The notes beneath the pieces were generated by a model. It made no database searches and was not told where the DNA came from. It saw only the letters and a list, made by a program, of their open reading frames with translations. From positions 13,723,272 to 13,787,271 of the forward strand of contig JAHRHZ010000085.1 of the NCBI GenBank assembly GCA_024137785.1: a stretch of 64,000 bases of DNA, given 5' to 3'. Below, one piece after another: positions 26,558-39,126 of the stretch. Positions within the stretch are counted from its first letter, which is position 1. Every line of letters begins with the position of its first letter. Origin of the DNA: Ginglymostoma cirratum (taxonomy: Eukaryota). A program made the position numbers and the translations under genes.

Positions 26558-26699
26558 CTTCCGCTCCTTGTCACCGTACTCAATGCCCAAGGTATCCATA
26601 GCACGGACAATGGCCGCCAGGGACTGAATGGTGTTGCTGTACACCACAGGCTTGTACTGCTTCACATCGTCACCAGAAAATCCATCCTCATGAATAATC
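26558..26699 (-). CDS. GNAO1: G protein G(o) subunit alpha, internal coding exon equivalent to human exon 3 (142 bp)
   Basis: Minus-strand translation (K)[47 protein letters not shown] matches the Galpha-o sequence I recall at all but one residue (D for E). Acceptor is tactttcccAG|G (plus 'ct' at 26700-26701) and donor is AAG|GTAAGG (plus 'ac' at 26556-26557). The 142-bp length and split first codon fit the conserved Gi/o exon structure. A candidate branch point CTTAAC lies at plus 26720-26725. Confidence 0.96.
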
Positions 26700-28239
26700 C
26701 TGGGAAAGTACAATAGAGTGTTAAGAGGAAGTGACTAACATAGTCCAAAATCCAGGTTGCTAGTCCTGTACTACAGCTACTCTAATGTTGCCAACATGAA
26801 CACACTCATAATTCCAACAATTACTTAAAGCATGTACAAGTAATCTTTCTTTATTCTCTGAAAATGCCTTTCAATTTAGTTTTCTCAATGCACCATATAG
26901 ATCCTGGATCATTTTCAAGCAGCTTCTATCTGACCTTCTGAAGCCTTTTTGAGAGATCTGTGCTTTTGCCTGCTCTTGTCTATTTTTCTTCTCACTAATT
27001 TACTATGTAGTTCCAGACTTCCAATAATAAGGTTCCTCTAGATTAGTGCTGTTCACTAACCACATGTGGCTAAATGGGAATTCAGATGTGGAAAACTGTA
27101 TTTGATTACCAAATTAGAAAATGGGTAATAGACACCACCTTTGGGCACATGACAACAATATTCATTTTCACAAAGTGCACATGTAAATGTTAACCTTTGG
27201 TAAAGTGGCAAGACAAAAAGAGTAGCATCCAAGTGCTTTTTCATTGTTAGAAGAGTGCTTCATTTCCTTAGTTACTGACTGGAGGTGGATGTTCGTTAAT
27301 TAAACATACACACACGAAGTATATTTGCCTGCATTGTGTGTATGTAAAAGGTTTCTCCTAACATTGGTATCCTTGTCTAAAACAGTCTCACTGCGTCCAC
27401 ATTGGCAATTAGTCAGCAATTTCTATTGGACTGTACAACTCTGAACAGCAATTATTTCCTTTCCTGCTTTATTCCTTGGATCCCCTCTCTGTCTGTAATC
27501 TTCAAATTTTCCATCATCTCAGACTTGATAGTAAATATTGGGAGATTGTTTCTCTGGTGCCCTGTTTGATACAGAAGATTTTGAGGCAGCCTGGTTTCAT
27601 CTGTTCCTTTTGAAAGATTTTCACTTTCCTTCTATTTGAACTCAGGGCTGATAAAATCTTTCTGATTCCTTGCTCTCCTTTCTCCATGTTTGTTCCAATA
27701 AATCAATATCAATTCCTTCTGACTGCCCTCATGTCAACCAAGTTTTCCTAATTTGCTGCTCTTATCAGCATAGGTTTACAGCTGTAATGACTCAAAACTT
27801 CCCTCAAAGGATGAACTTATTCTTCAAGTAAACATTCAATCCTTCTTTATCAACAATGCTGTACATACGCCTTTACTGTCCATTCTAAACATTTTGCATT
27901 GGCTTTTTTAATTCCCTTTCACATACATTGCTGGGTATAATTACACTGTATGTCACACATTATCCACAGAGTTATACATATTAGAGCACTGACTTTCAAG
28001 GCAGTGTCTGATTCTAACCTGGTCCCCATGAGCTGCAGAAACTGATAATGTTGAATCTCCAATGCTCTTTTATATTGGAACAAAAACATTTGGTTCTGTC
28101 AACATTGCAATGATGCTACAATAACTCATTCATTGAATTTTATCTGCTGTTTTCTTAATATCACAGCTCTGTCAGAAATGTGCCACTTTTAACTCTTCCC
28201 ACAGGCACAACAGCTCAATCAATCACATTCTCCCGTCCA

Positions 28240-28387
28240 GGTTTGAATGTGATAAATTCAAACCCCCCTCCAGAGACCTGAGCCTATTATTTAGACTGGC
28301 ATGTTGGTGCAGAATGGAAGGAGGGCAGCAGTATTGCAAGTGCTGCTCTTTACATAAGATGTCAAACCTGGGCTCACTATACTTGTT
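28240..28387 (+). mobile_element. Deu-domain SINE 5' part
   Basis: ttcaaacccccctccagagacctgagc...gtgctgctctttacataagatgtcaaacc. Confidence 0.55.
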
Positions 28388-28905
28388 ATAAGACCATAAG
28401 ACAGTGAAGCAGAAGGAGGCCATTCAGCCCATCAGGTCTGCTCTGCCATTCAATGTGATCATGGCTGACCTGATAATCCTCAACTCCACATTCCTGCCTT
28501 TTCCCCATAACCTTCGATTCCCTTGTTAATTAAAAAGCTATCTAACCCTATCTCGGTCTTGAATATACCTAATGATCCAGTTGCTACAGCCTCCTGCAAT
28601 ACAGAATTTCAGATCCTCACGAGAAATTCCTCCTCTTCACTGTATTAAATGCGTGACTCCTTACTCTGAGATCATGCCCTCCGGTCCTAGACTCTCCCTC
28701 AAGGGGAAACAATCGCTCCATATCCAGCCAGTAAGTGTCCTAAGAATGTTATATCTTACAATAAAATCACCTAAACCCCAACCTACTCAATCTCTCCTCA
28801 AAGGCAGTCCCTCGATACCTTGGATCAACCAACTGAACCATCTCTGGACTCCCTCCAATGCCAGTATGTCTCTCCAGAATTGTTCACAGTATTATAGATG
28901 TATAA
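28388..28905 (-). mobile_element. CR1-clade LINE 3' fragment
   Basis: Tail ataagaccataagaca and sequence homologous to 25299-25806. Confidence 0.82.
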
Positions 28906-29886
28906 TGAATGATGTGGACGTTCAAGCTCCCACGGTTGTTTTTCAACGAGGAACAGGAGGTCCTCGTGATCTCTTTGCTAAATTCTTCCCTCAGTCAATG
29001 CCCAAAAAAGTTTCGCTGTTTATTCACATTGTTGTTGGGCACAAAATATTCAAGATGTCCACTTCCATAAGTACAAGGCAATTGAAATGGGCTTTTTCTG
29101 AGAAATATTCTAAGATAAACATACATTCTTCCTTTCCTGTAAATATTGTTTCCTCTCTGTTTCTAATTAAATATTTTTCAGTATTGGTTTTATACAAATT
29201 CAGTTTCAGTTTCCCAGTCCTCTCTTTATTTGGACCTCACCTTCCTTATCTAACAGTTAATGCCTTTGTCAATATTAATAGTTCAAACTTACTCTTTCTT
29301 TACAACAACTAAAATCTAACCAAATATCTTACCAAACTGCAAATTTGTCAACACTGCAAGTGGACCAAGTAGTAGTTGGTTTACATGGTTTTAGATTGAG
29401 CAAGGGTTTCACATCATTTCTGTGTTTTTATAATTTATCCTAACACCTGCTTCTTTCAATTTCCCTTCAACATATTTACCTGGGATCTTACATTAGCCAG
29501 ATCAAAATATACAAAGTCACACAATTTAACTCAAACTCCTCTATTCTAATTAGATATCAACACAGAACCTCCACAACAAATTACCAACCTTGATTAGCCT
29601 CTGAGGAAGCTTTTTGCACGATCAATGCACTGTATATCACAGTTCACTTCATTCCATCACATTGTATGTCCTCATTTCTCATAATAATCACCATATTGCT
29701 TCCTTCAAATACTTCCAAAATCTGGTCTTTTGTCTTCATTAGACATTTCAAATTAGAACTCTTGCTCTCCCTCAGTACTGCTTAACTAGAGCCATGACCC
29801 TCCTCAACAAGGCTACAGTCACCACCCTCCATGCATGAATTACCCCTGGAATACAGCTATCATTCTCCTCACATAAACAACAGAAT

Positions 29887-31098
29887 AATCTCAAGGCAAC
29901 TGAAAGCAGACAAATCTGCAGGAGCCGATGGCCCACGATCAAAGATTCGAACAGAGAAAGCTGCAGAGATAGTGGATGCATTGGCTTAGATTTTCCAAAA
30001 TTCCCTAGATTCTTGAATAGCCCCAGCAGATTGAAAGTTAGCAGTTGTAACACCACTATTCAAAGAAAGGAGGGACGGAGAAGAGAGGGGACTACAGGCT
30101 AGTTAACCTGGCACCAGGCATCCACAGAGAGCTAGGATCTACCACTAAAGAAGTCTTAATAATGCACTTGGAAAAACAATTATAACAAATCAACATGGTT
30201 TTACAAAAGGGACAAATGTATTCAAGGTTTTGAGGATGTACACATACAATTAGGAAAGCTATTAAGATAATATTGCAAGGGGATTGGGTAGGGCTTTGGT
30301 GAAACCAGACCTGGAGTACTCTGTGCAGTACCGATCTCCACATTTGAGGAAGGATATACTTGTATTGGAGACACCATAGTAAAGAGTCACTAGACAGGTC
30401 TCTGGGATAAGGTGGTTGTTCTACCAGGAGAGGCTGAGGACAATGGGCCCATCCTCCTTGATTTTAGGAGGAGGAGAGAAGATCACACTGAAACAGACAT
30501 GCTTCTGAATGGTTGGGGGTTAACAGGGTAGACACTGAGATATTGTTTTAGATTCCCCAGACAAGTGAAACAAGGGGGCACAATTTCAGGATAAGTAACT
30601 GATCATTTAAGACTGAGATGAAGAGAAATTTCTTCACTCAAAGGGTTGTGATCGAAATAACTCCACCGAGGCCGGTATCCCATCACCAGGTCACCCTTTA
30701 CTTGCACATGGAGAGTCCTTGACACTGAGTGACCCAGCTCCCTCAGAGTTAGCACTGACCCTCCTGTTCTTATCTGTCAGCCAGGGCTCCCTGATGGGAT
30801 CAGGTTAACAGCTCAAATCAGGGACCTCATATTCTATGAGGTCCACCAGGCTGACCTCGCTACAATCACCGCAGTGACTCTTTGTAATTTTCAGCTGCAA
30901 AGTAATGTGGATGCTCTAACATTGAGCATATTTAAGACCGAGTTTGCAGATTTTTGGTCTCTTCACAAATCAAGAGACATGGGGAGCAGGCAGGAAAATG
31001 GAAATGAAATCCAAAATTAGCCGTGATCATATTGAACAACAGCGCAATTTTGACCGATTGTATGGTTGCCTCCTGCTCTTATTTCTGATGTATCTTCA
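29887..31098 (+). mobile_element. CR1-clade LINE, internally deleted, interrupted by a solo LTR
   Basis: Sense-strand CR1 ORF2 motifs (ctattcaaagaaaggaggga, gacctggagtactctgtgcagt, aaatttcttcactcaaagggttgtg) and a 3' UTR hairpin region. Confidence 0.8.
30653..30873 (-). mobile_element. Solo LTR (probably Gypsy-type), ~221 bp
   Basis: Minus strand begins TG and ends CG (a decayed CA). Flanked by 5-bp gtgat/gtgac (30648-30652, 30874-30878). It splits an otherwise contiguous CR1 motif (agggttgtga|ctctttgtaattt). Confidence 0.7.
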
Positions 31099-31724
31099 TA
31101 CTCCGGCTCACTATAACTGTACACCAGTCATCTGGTGTTATCCCTTTTATTTTGTACACAGGTTTCATTTAATAACCAGTGATATTTCATGAAAACGGTT
31201 ACAAATAATCTGCATAATGACACTCTGATTTGTATAAAGGTATGGGTAATACTGATCCAGCAAAGACAGCACGTGATTCAAAGAGTCTGAGTACTCCTGC
31301 TTCATGTTTATGCACAAATGTTCTATCATCCTTAACTTTGGCTTTCAATGAGTTAGTGTACACAGTGCATGTTGAGGCCAGGACCTTCTCTCATTTATTT
31401 TAGCAGCTGGGAAAACCAAAGCAGAACATTCCCATCCTGGTGTTCAACAACATGAGATTATCATTCATCTCTGTCTTTGTCACATTGTGATTCATCCCAA
31501 TGATGAAAGCAACTTTTCTCAAAAATTTCTTTTGAAATGTACTTTTTCTTCTTCCACTTTATTTTAATCAATACTTGCTGCTCTATAGCCGACGGTTAAT
31601 TCTTCCTTCAAGCCTCTAACTACGGATCACATAATCACACCTGTTTCCTTTTACAGGTTTTAAAGCTACAAGCTTGCATTCAACTACCCTCTACATCATC
31701 ATTTGTTATTCATTTCTTTTAGCT

Positions 31725-31952
31725 GCATTTTCACACAGAGGGTGGTTTGTATGTGGAATGAAGTGCCAGATGAGGTGGTAGATCCAGATTCAGTTACAAC
31801 ACTTAAAAGGCATTTGGACAGGTACACGAATAGAAAAGGTTTAGAGGGATTGGGGCCAAATGCAGGCAAATGCGACTAGTTCAGTTTGGGAAACCTGGTT
31901 GGTATGGAAGAGTTGGGCTGAAGGGTCTGTTTCTGTGTTGTATGACTCTATA
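31725..31952 (+). mobile_element. CR1/HER1-type LINE 3' end
   Basis: ttttcacacagagggtggt...gggctgaagggtctgtttctgtgttgtatgactctat, a typical CR1 terminus. Confidence 0.82.
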
Positions 31953-32953
31953 AGTTATTATTCAATACAGATCTTGGCCACTCAAGTAGCTTTATAAATG
32001 TTTTAAAAATCCTCTTCTGGAGGATGAAGCTGATATTGGACTTTTATTTCTGGTGAGCTAATGAATAGAATTCTCCATGGGCTTCCCATAACCTGGTGTT
32101 CCTTATGTAGCAAGGATGCAGCGTACTTTTCATTAGACCAAAGTTTTGAGCTGATGCCAATTGGCTCCTGCAATGGGAAGTGGTATTCTGCAGTTCAAAA
32201 TGTGACCTGCTAAGTTTGAGCTCAGATGGGAGATTGGGTCTTTTGATTATTGGATGGGATGCCAGTTGGAGGCAACAGCTTCATGCTTGAGACTGTTCCA
32301 ACTGGTCACCCAGCCAAAGTTTGTGCTTGGTATTCCTTTCAAGATATAACTAAAAGGCCACTTGAATGAAGACCAAGTAGCACTCAAACATACCAAATGA
32401 TGCTTTGTTGAGTGCTTAGTGCTGCATCATTCCCCTTTCCTGCTTTGCTATCACTCCTTTCACCCAGTCTTTCTGCCCAATTAAAGAAATATTGCTGCCT
32501 AAAAGGGTCATTGTTTCAGGAAGAAACTGGTCTGATCAGATGCTATAAAAGGACATTCAAAACGTGAAGAATTAAAACAAAATGCAGTCATAAGCTTGGC
32601 AGAGGTTTTCAGTTCTCAAAACTTGGAACAGGATTTCAAATCCTGAATATCAAACTTTAATTTGTGGCTCATGTTTGTCTCGGAAGGTCATAGTTCATGC
32701 TGTCTATTCCAATAAAGACCCAGTAATATAAAAGTTAATCTATCAAATAACGCAAAGCCCACCTTTTAAACTCTAATTACATAAACACTGGATATGATAA
32801 AGGATCTAAGTGAAAGTTCATAAAGTACATTGCGTCGGACACATTCCAAAGTGGTTCTGAGGCATTTTTCTAAAGAACAATCCCAGCCTCAAGCTCAATA
32901 ATAAATGCTGGTTATTCAAATCAGTCAGGGTCTGGTCCACCCCTGAGAAAAGT

Positions 32954-33138
32954 GTCAGAAGTCACGTGACACCAGGTTATGGTCCAGCTGGTTTATTTGA
33001 AATCACAAGCTTTCATCTGAGGAAGGATCAGGGCTCCGAAAGCTTTAAGATTTCAAATAAACGTGCTGGACTATAACCTGGTGTCATGTGACTTCTGACT
33101 TTGTCCACCCCAACCCAACACTGGCACCTCCACATCAT
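32954..33138 (+). mobile_element. Penelope-like fold-back element, family C, with hammerhead core
   Basis: Inverted arms 32954-33014 and 33038-33099. Core CTGAGGA-A-GGATCAGGGCTCC-GAAA-GCTT at 33017-33045. Confidence 0.75.
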
Positions 33139-34124
33139 GAAGAAAGTGTGACTTAATACTGAGAAAATCACCAATGGCTCATAATCATCAGGCACTTAAT
33201 CACGAACTCTTGCAGGCAGCATCAAACATTTTTAAACAATATCAGTTACAGGGGTATTAAGCCATTGTAGAAAACGATACATCAGGTACAAGTTCCAATG
33301 ATTCTCAATCATTCATTTGGTTCATGTCTTGCTCGGGTTCACTGGTTCAGGTAAGTGGAGTAACTTACTCCGAGCTGAGGAGCGTGGTGCTCCTGCTGGC
33401 TGCATGGTCCACATGGCTTAGATAGTAACAATGTCATCTCAGTGTAGCAGGATTGTGAGGTCAAGCCCATTCCCAGACCTCAGCACAAAAATGACGCCAA
33501 CACTCGATGAGTGACTGACCAGTTCCTGCTTCATTGTGTTACCAATGAATGAAATACTAAACGGAGGATCTCTCAGTCTATTTGGGGGTATGCCAACATT
33601 CTCAATCAAAGGACAGCAGCAAGTTCATGCCAGTTCACTGTCCCCTTACACAACACCATTAAAGAGAGATTGGCTACATATCTTCATACCATTTCCATGA
33701 TCTGCTGTGTTTGCTGATAAAACAACACTCTGGACTCAATTTGTCCAGCAAGCACTTTGTGAATTATTTTGGAAATGCGGTAATATGCCAATTTTGTTTG
33801 AAAAGGCATTGCACTTTGCTCCAACATAGGCTGTCACCTTGAAAGATTTACGCCTTAATCAGTTAAGTACAGAGATACCTCAGAAGTTAACGCTGCCTTG
33901 ATCAGAAGCCCGGGAGGTAACTTTGCCTTCCCAGAATTTCGTGGAGCAAGTGGAGGAGGAAGATAGTTCAGCAGGAGGTAGGTGTGGGGTGAACAATGGC
34001 ACTAGAAGAGCCATGGGGGCAGGGAAAAAAGATAAGCTGGTGTTTTGTTTTTATGACAGTGTGGCTCTCAGGTTGAAAATTGAGTTGTCACTGTCTGAAA
34101 CACCGACACCATCAACCAAAAAAA

Positions 34125-34265
34125 AGGTAGACTTTCATTTACATAGTATCTTTCACAACTTCAGGCCTTTCAAAGTGCTTCAGAGATTATTAAGGATCAT
34201 TGAAGTGTGATGTAGAAAGAACAGCAGACAGGTTACACAGCATACTCCCACAAACAGTAATGTAC
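34125..34265 (-). mobile_element. Deu-domain SINE 3' part
   Basis: agactttcatttacatagtatctttcacaacttcagg...caaagtgctt...ctcccacaaacagtaatg. Confidence 0.6.
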
Positions 34266-34800
34266 TTCCAAGGTCATAGTTAACATCTTGTTCCCAAAAA
34301 AAATGACAACAGGTCTCAGGTAAATGATACAGTTATTACTTATCTTTATGTACATTCTCATCATCCAAGTAAGGCCAAACAAAATGTCTTTTGTTGAGCT
34401 GGTACAATAAGAATATGTGCTTCTTATGGAAGTAATCCCACAATTATCAATCCAACTAGTCTAAGAACTGACTTCACAAAACACATGACGAACAAGGTCA
34501 CAAGCTCTGCTTCAATAAGCTGTCTGGTAACAGATGTAGATCTGGTCCATCAAGTGGATCACATAAAGGGCTTCATACAATTACTTTTCATGTGTACAGT
34601 CAAACTCCAAGTCAGTCAGAAGATTGCTATCCTTACCCTCCCATTCAGACAGCAGGCCAGACACGGCTGGATTATATCATCGCTTATCACTCAACACCAA
34701 CAAACCAAAACAAATCCTTGCCCTATGGCTCCAAAGCGGTTTGGTACAGGAGAACATCTGAAATAAAAAAGCTTTCCAAATTATTGCCTTTGGGAGAGCA

Positions 34801-35157
34801 ATTTTTTTTTATTCATTAACAGGATGAGGGTGTCGCTGGTTAGGCAGAAGTTAATGCCCATCCCTAATTGCCCAGAGGGCAGTTCAGAGTCAACCACATT
34901 GCTGCAGGTCTGGAGTCACATGTAGGCCAGACCAGGTAAGGACAGCAGTTTCCATCCCTAAAGAACATTTGTGAACCAGATGGGTTTTTCCTCTGACCAT
35001 CAACAACGGATTCATGGTCAACATTAGACTCTTAATTCCAGATATTTTACTGAATTCAAATTTCACCATTTACCATAGTAGGATTCAAACCTGGGTCCCT
35101 GGAATGTTACCTGGATGTAACAGTACAGCAATAATACCACTAGGCCATCGCCTCCCC
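34801..35157 (-). mobile_element. tRNA-derived SINE (family S), full length
   Basis: Reverse complement of the 18711 family, from the T-rich tail to ...ccactaggccatcgcctcccc, including the B-box-like ggattcaaacc. Confidence 0.85.
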
Positions 35158-35504
35158 AGTTCGAAGCCCACTTGTGATGGTTCCCACTCGAGTGTAGCTT
35201 CCAGCCTGGGTGATGCACACAGCTGGTGAAGGTCATGTCTTGTTGGCAATAAGTTACACCTACTCTTTCCAGCCAAGATCCGCCCTTGAATTTCACCCAG
35301 CGAGGGGGAGAAATCGAGCAACCGCAGAATCAACCATATGGTAAGGAGCCTGGTTTTCCCCTCTGACCTCCAGAATTCCAATAGATTCAGGAATTCCAGA
35401 GTGGCTTTATTCAGTGACACAGCCCTCCAAGAGCAAACTTTCGCCTGTGGCAACCCTCAGTTCTGCTCGTGTTATGGACAGAAGATACCATGCATTTGTA
35501 ATTC

Positions 35505-35717
35505 TGGCCTGTGGATATCTTTTTGCCACAGAAAGTAGTTGAGGTCAAATCATTTAATGTTTCCAAGGAGGAGTCAGATATTGTTCTCAGGGCTGACAAG
35601 TTCAAAGGTTATAGGGGCAATGCAGGAACAGGGAACTGAGCTGGATGATCATATTGAACGGTGGAGCAGGCTCAAAAAGGGCCGAATGGCTTCCTCCTGC
35701 ACTCTTTGATTCTATGT
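35505..35717 (+). mobile_element. CR1-clade LINE 3' end
   Basis: ...gatcatattgaacggtggagcaggctc...gggccgaatggcttcctcctgc...ctatg. Confidence 0.78.
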
Positions 35718-36899
35718 AAGTTAAGCTCCATGCAGTGATATTCGCGAGAAATGTATTTTCTCCCTTTTACAGGCATAGAAAGTAATTAACTAGACAAACA
35801 TGAATGTTATGATTCAGAACACTTCTGCAGTCAGTCAAACAATAAATATTCAGAAATGCTCCAAAGTGCAGGAACATAGTGTCAGAAAATGCTTCCATCC
35901 TTCACAGTATCACCACAAAAAGATTTAATATCACCTTAGCATTGTTGCTCCTGTTACTTTGATGCCCTCAATGACAAGAAGGCATTCAACTGACTGCTAA
36001 ACCTTTGTGCAGTTTGTCAATTTTCTATTACTCACCCAGTCCACAATGCGCATTCTTGTGAATTTTAACACAGTACATGCGGGAATGAACAGACAGATCT
36101 GAATCAGACAGTGCGGTTACTGTAAAACTGGAGGAAATTAAATGCACAGATAATCTTACACAAGGAAGATTCTACTGTTTACAGTAGAGTACACGCACCA
36201 GTTGGGTTGAATAACCTTTAACCATATTGTAATTTCTGTGCTAACAGTAACTTCTACATCCTCTATTTACAATGAAAAGCTGGAACGTATTGCTAGCGAT
36301 GCTGTGGTACAAATGTCCACCATATTTGCCCCTCGACTGCTTAGTCACAAGCATTCTCTTCCCTTGGAGTGAAAATGTCATGGGTACAGAAAAGCATTGT
36401 TTCAAGAACCTGAGCAGTAGCACGGTAGTGAGTGACTGAGTGAGCACTGTCCATTCTCATATGAAGCCTCTCTCAATATCATTAAAAGAACAAGGAAGTT
36501 TGCCCTTGGTGTTATTAGAATAGGTCATTGATCATATGGTTACTGGTACCTGCGCCAAAACTGGTTACTGTGTTTTCTACATTAGAGCAGAGGCAGAACC
36601 TCAAAAATACTTCAATAATATCCAGCATATTGAGATTTCCTGAATGTCGCTATCTAAATCAGAGCTTTTTATTTGCACTTTTCCCCCTTTTATTGCAGAT
36701 ATGAGTTACTTACAAGGAAGAATCACTCAAATTTGAAGCTCACATCTTCAGCGCACCATGCATTGAGACAGAATTGGTTGAGAACCCACCAACCCACCCA
36801 ACCTGCACCGTATAGACCTTCAACCAGTCTTATGCATCATCTGACTAACTAAACATTCATGTCACACTAGGGGCAGACGTCCCACCAAAAATCCTCAGA

Positions 36900-37210
36900 C
36901 AGTAGCTTCCAAACCCACAACCACTTCCATCCAGACGGACACAGGCAGCAGATACATGTGAACACCACCAACTGCAAGTTCCCCTCCAAGCCACTCACCA
37001 TCGTGACTTAGAAATATATCACTATTCCTTCATTGTTGCTGGGTCAACATCTTTGAATTTCCTCCCTAATGGCATTGTGGGTCAACCAACAGCACATGGA
37101 GTGCAGTGGTTCAAGAAGGCAGCTCAATATCACCTTCTTGAGGGCAACTAGGGATGTGTAGTAAAGGCTGACCACCCAGCAACACCCATATCCCACGATC
37201 AAATTTTTAA
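36900..37210 (+). mobile_element. LINE (CR1/L2 group) 3' end, copy 1
   Basis: caagttcccctccaagccactcaccatc...gcagtggttcaagaaggcagctc...agggcaactagggatg, homologous to 37600-37890. Confidence 0.7.
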
Positions 37211-37214
37211 AAAC

Positions 37215-37890
37215 CTCCAACAAGCAAGAATCTAACCATCTCCCCTGACAGTCAATGGAAATTACCATCACAGAATTCCCCACTAACACCAAGATAGGGT
37301 TACTGTCAAGCCAGAAACCGAACTGGACTAGCCAGATAAATACTGTTGCTACAAGAGTTGATCACATAAAGTGAGTAACTCACCTCCTGACTCCCCAAAG
37401 GCTGCCCAGCATCTACAGAGTGCATGTCAAGAGTGTATGAAATCCTCCCCATTTGCCTGGATGAGTGTAAAAACACTCAAGGAGGTCAACGCCATCCAGG
37501 ATAAAGCATCCCACTTGATAATATCCTATCCACTGCTGCTGCACAGTGTGATGGTGTACACCATACACAGGATGCATTACAGCAACTTGTAAAGCTTTCT
37601 CTAATTCCCAGAAGGACACATGCAGCACCCACACTGTTAGCCCAAAACAGCATATAAACCCCACCCCTGCAAACCACACACCATCCGGACTCAGAATTAT
37701 ATCGCAGTTCCTTTGAGTCGCTTGGTCAAAATCCTGAAACTCTCCAACATTGCTGTGTGTATGTCCATGCATCAAGGACTGCAGCTATCGAAGAAGGCAG
37801 CTCATCACTACCTTCTCAAGGGCAGTAATGTATATGCAACAAATGCTGGATGAGCCAGAAATTTGCACATCCTCGGAAAAATTATTTTAA
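37215..37890 (+). mobile_element. LINE (CR1/L2 group) 3' end, copy 2
   Basis: Decayed ORF piece 'SSPFAWMSVKTLKEVNAIQDKASHLI' and the same 3' tail as 36900-37210. Confidence 0.7.
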
Positions 37891-39037
37891 AAAACTAAAA
37901 CTTCCACACACTCCTCCCTGAACAAGCATCTGTTGTTGGCGTCTGCCAGAATAAAGTTAGATCATAATCAAACATTGACCAGCTTACGAGTATACAAGTC
38001 AGACTGAGGTGACAAACAATGACTACCTTTTACTTCTTATAGCTCATTTGCAAGATAGTTTCTAACCTTCACCCACCTTTGGAAAGTATGCCACTTTACA
38101 CAAATTCTACCATGCAATTTGTTTCTTGTTCAGCACAATCTGATTCAAACATCCAAATCTCAACAGATGGTTTGAAAAAAAGATGGTAAAACTATTAACA
38201 ACATGGAAATAAGATAGACGAATAACAAGGCTCATAGACAGAACAAGGAAAAGGAGCAGCAGTACGAACAGTGGAAAGGTAAGTTGACTGAAGAGATGGA
38301 AATGCTCCGACCTGCAGTCCTAGACGGATGGTCTGAGATCAGAGTGGAGTCCAAGAGACAAAAATATTTTCATAATCTTGTAATTCACAAGAAGATAAAG
38401 GCAGCTGTAAAGCATGGACAATCAAGAAGAACTGGGTTTGGTAGCAATCAGCCTGACAAGAACTGGGACAGTGCACCAGATGGTCACATCCACTGTAGTC
38501 CTAGTTAACATCATCAACTTGCTACATCTGTAACGAAGACAGCTTTTGTAACTGTACTAAAGAACAATTATCATTGTGTTTAATTTCCCACACTTTTCAC
38601 ATAATGTACCTAATTCGTTTTACCTTAACAGAACTGTTTAAAGCAATCCCTAGGCTAACTCAGCAGATTATATATTGGTTTACTTGCCATTAAGTTAATG
38701 CTTCACGACAAATGTGTAGACAGATCATTTTGCAGTTTAACTTAAGCTTTCATTTATTATCAGGTGTTTACGGAAGACAGCCCTTGCAGGTTCAGTGGAA
38801 CAAAATGGTAAATCCTTTACATAAAGCAAGGTTTACAGTTGTTCCTCAGACTGCGGCTATCCAATGCTCAGTTTACGATCAGTAAACTTGGATTATGGCT
38901 ATTTACTGTTTTACTCATTGTACTGCTGATCATCATTCCATGAAGGTACAGCAGTTATGTGCTCCATAGAACAATTCTATTTTATTCTGGACAAGGAACT
39001 GCAGTCGCAAAGGAACAAAAAAAGCCATTCAAATGGA

Positions 39038-39126
39038 ATTCTGAAGAAGGGTCACTGCTTTCTGCTTTCTCTCCACAGATGCTGTCAGACCTGCTGAGTT
39101 TTTCCAGCAATTTCTGTTTATGTTCC
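39038..39126 (+). mobile_element. Family B arm, internally deleted
   Basis: ctgaagaagggtcactg, then a deletion, then ctttctctccacagatgctgtcagacctgctgagtttttccagcaatttctg, homologous to 23503-23601. Confidence 0.7.

Noticed and set aside
26408-26713. 101-aa ORF as a complete small protein
   Set aside because: Only 26558-26699 is Galpha-o-like and it is bounded by canonical splice sites. The rest is intron read-through.
28572-29312. Longest ORF (246 aa, plus strand)
   Set aside because: The first half is the antisense of a CR1 fragment and the second half is T-rich sequence. There is no recognisable domain.
34801-35157. tRNA gene (A/B-box-like motifs here and at 18711 and 46846)
   Set aside because: There is no complete cloverleaf. 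The motifs are SINE heads followed by SINE body and tail.
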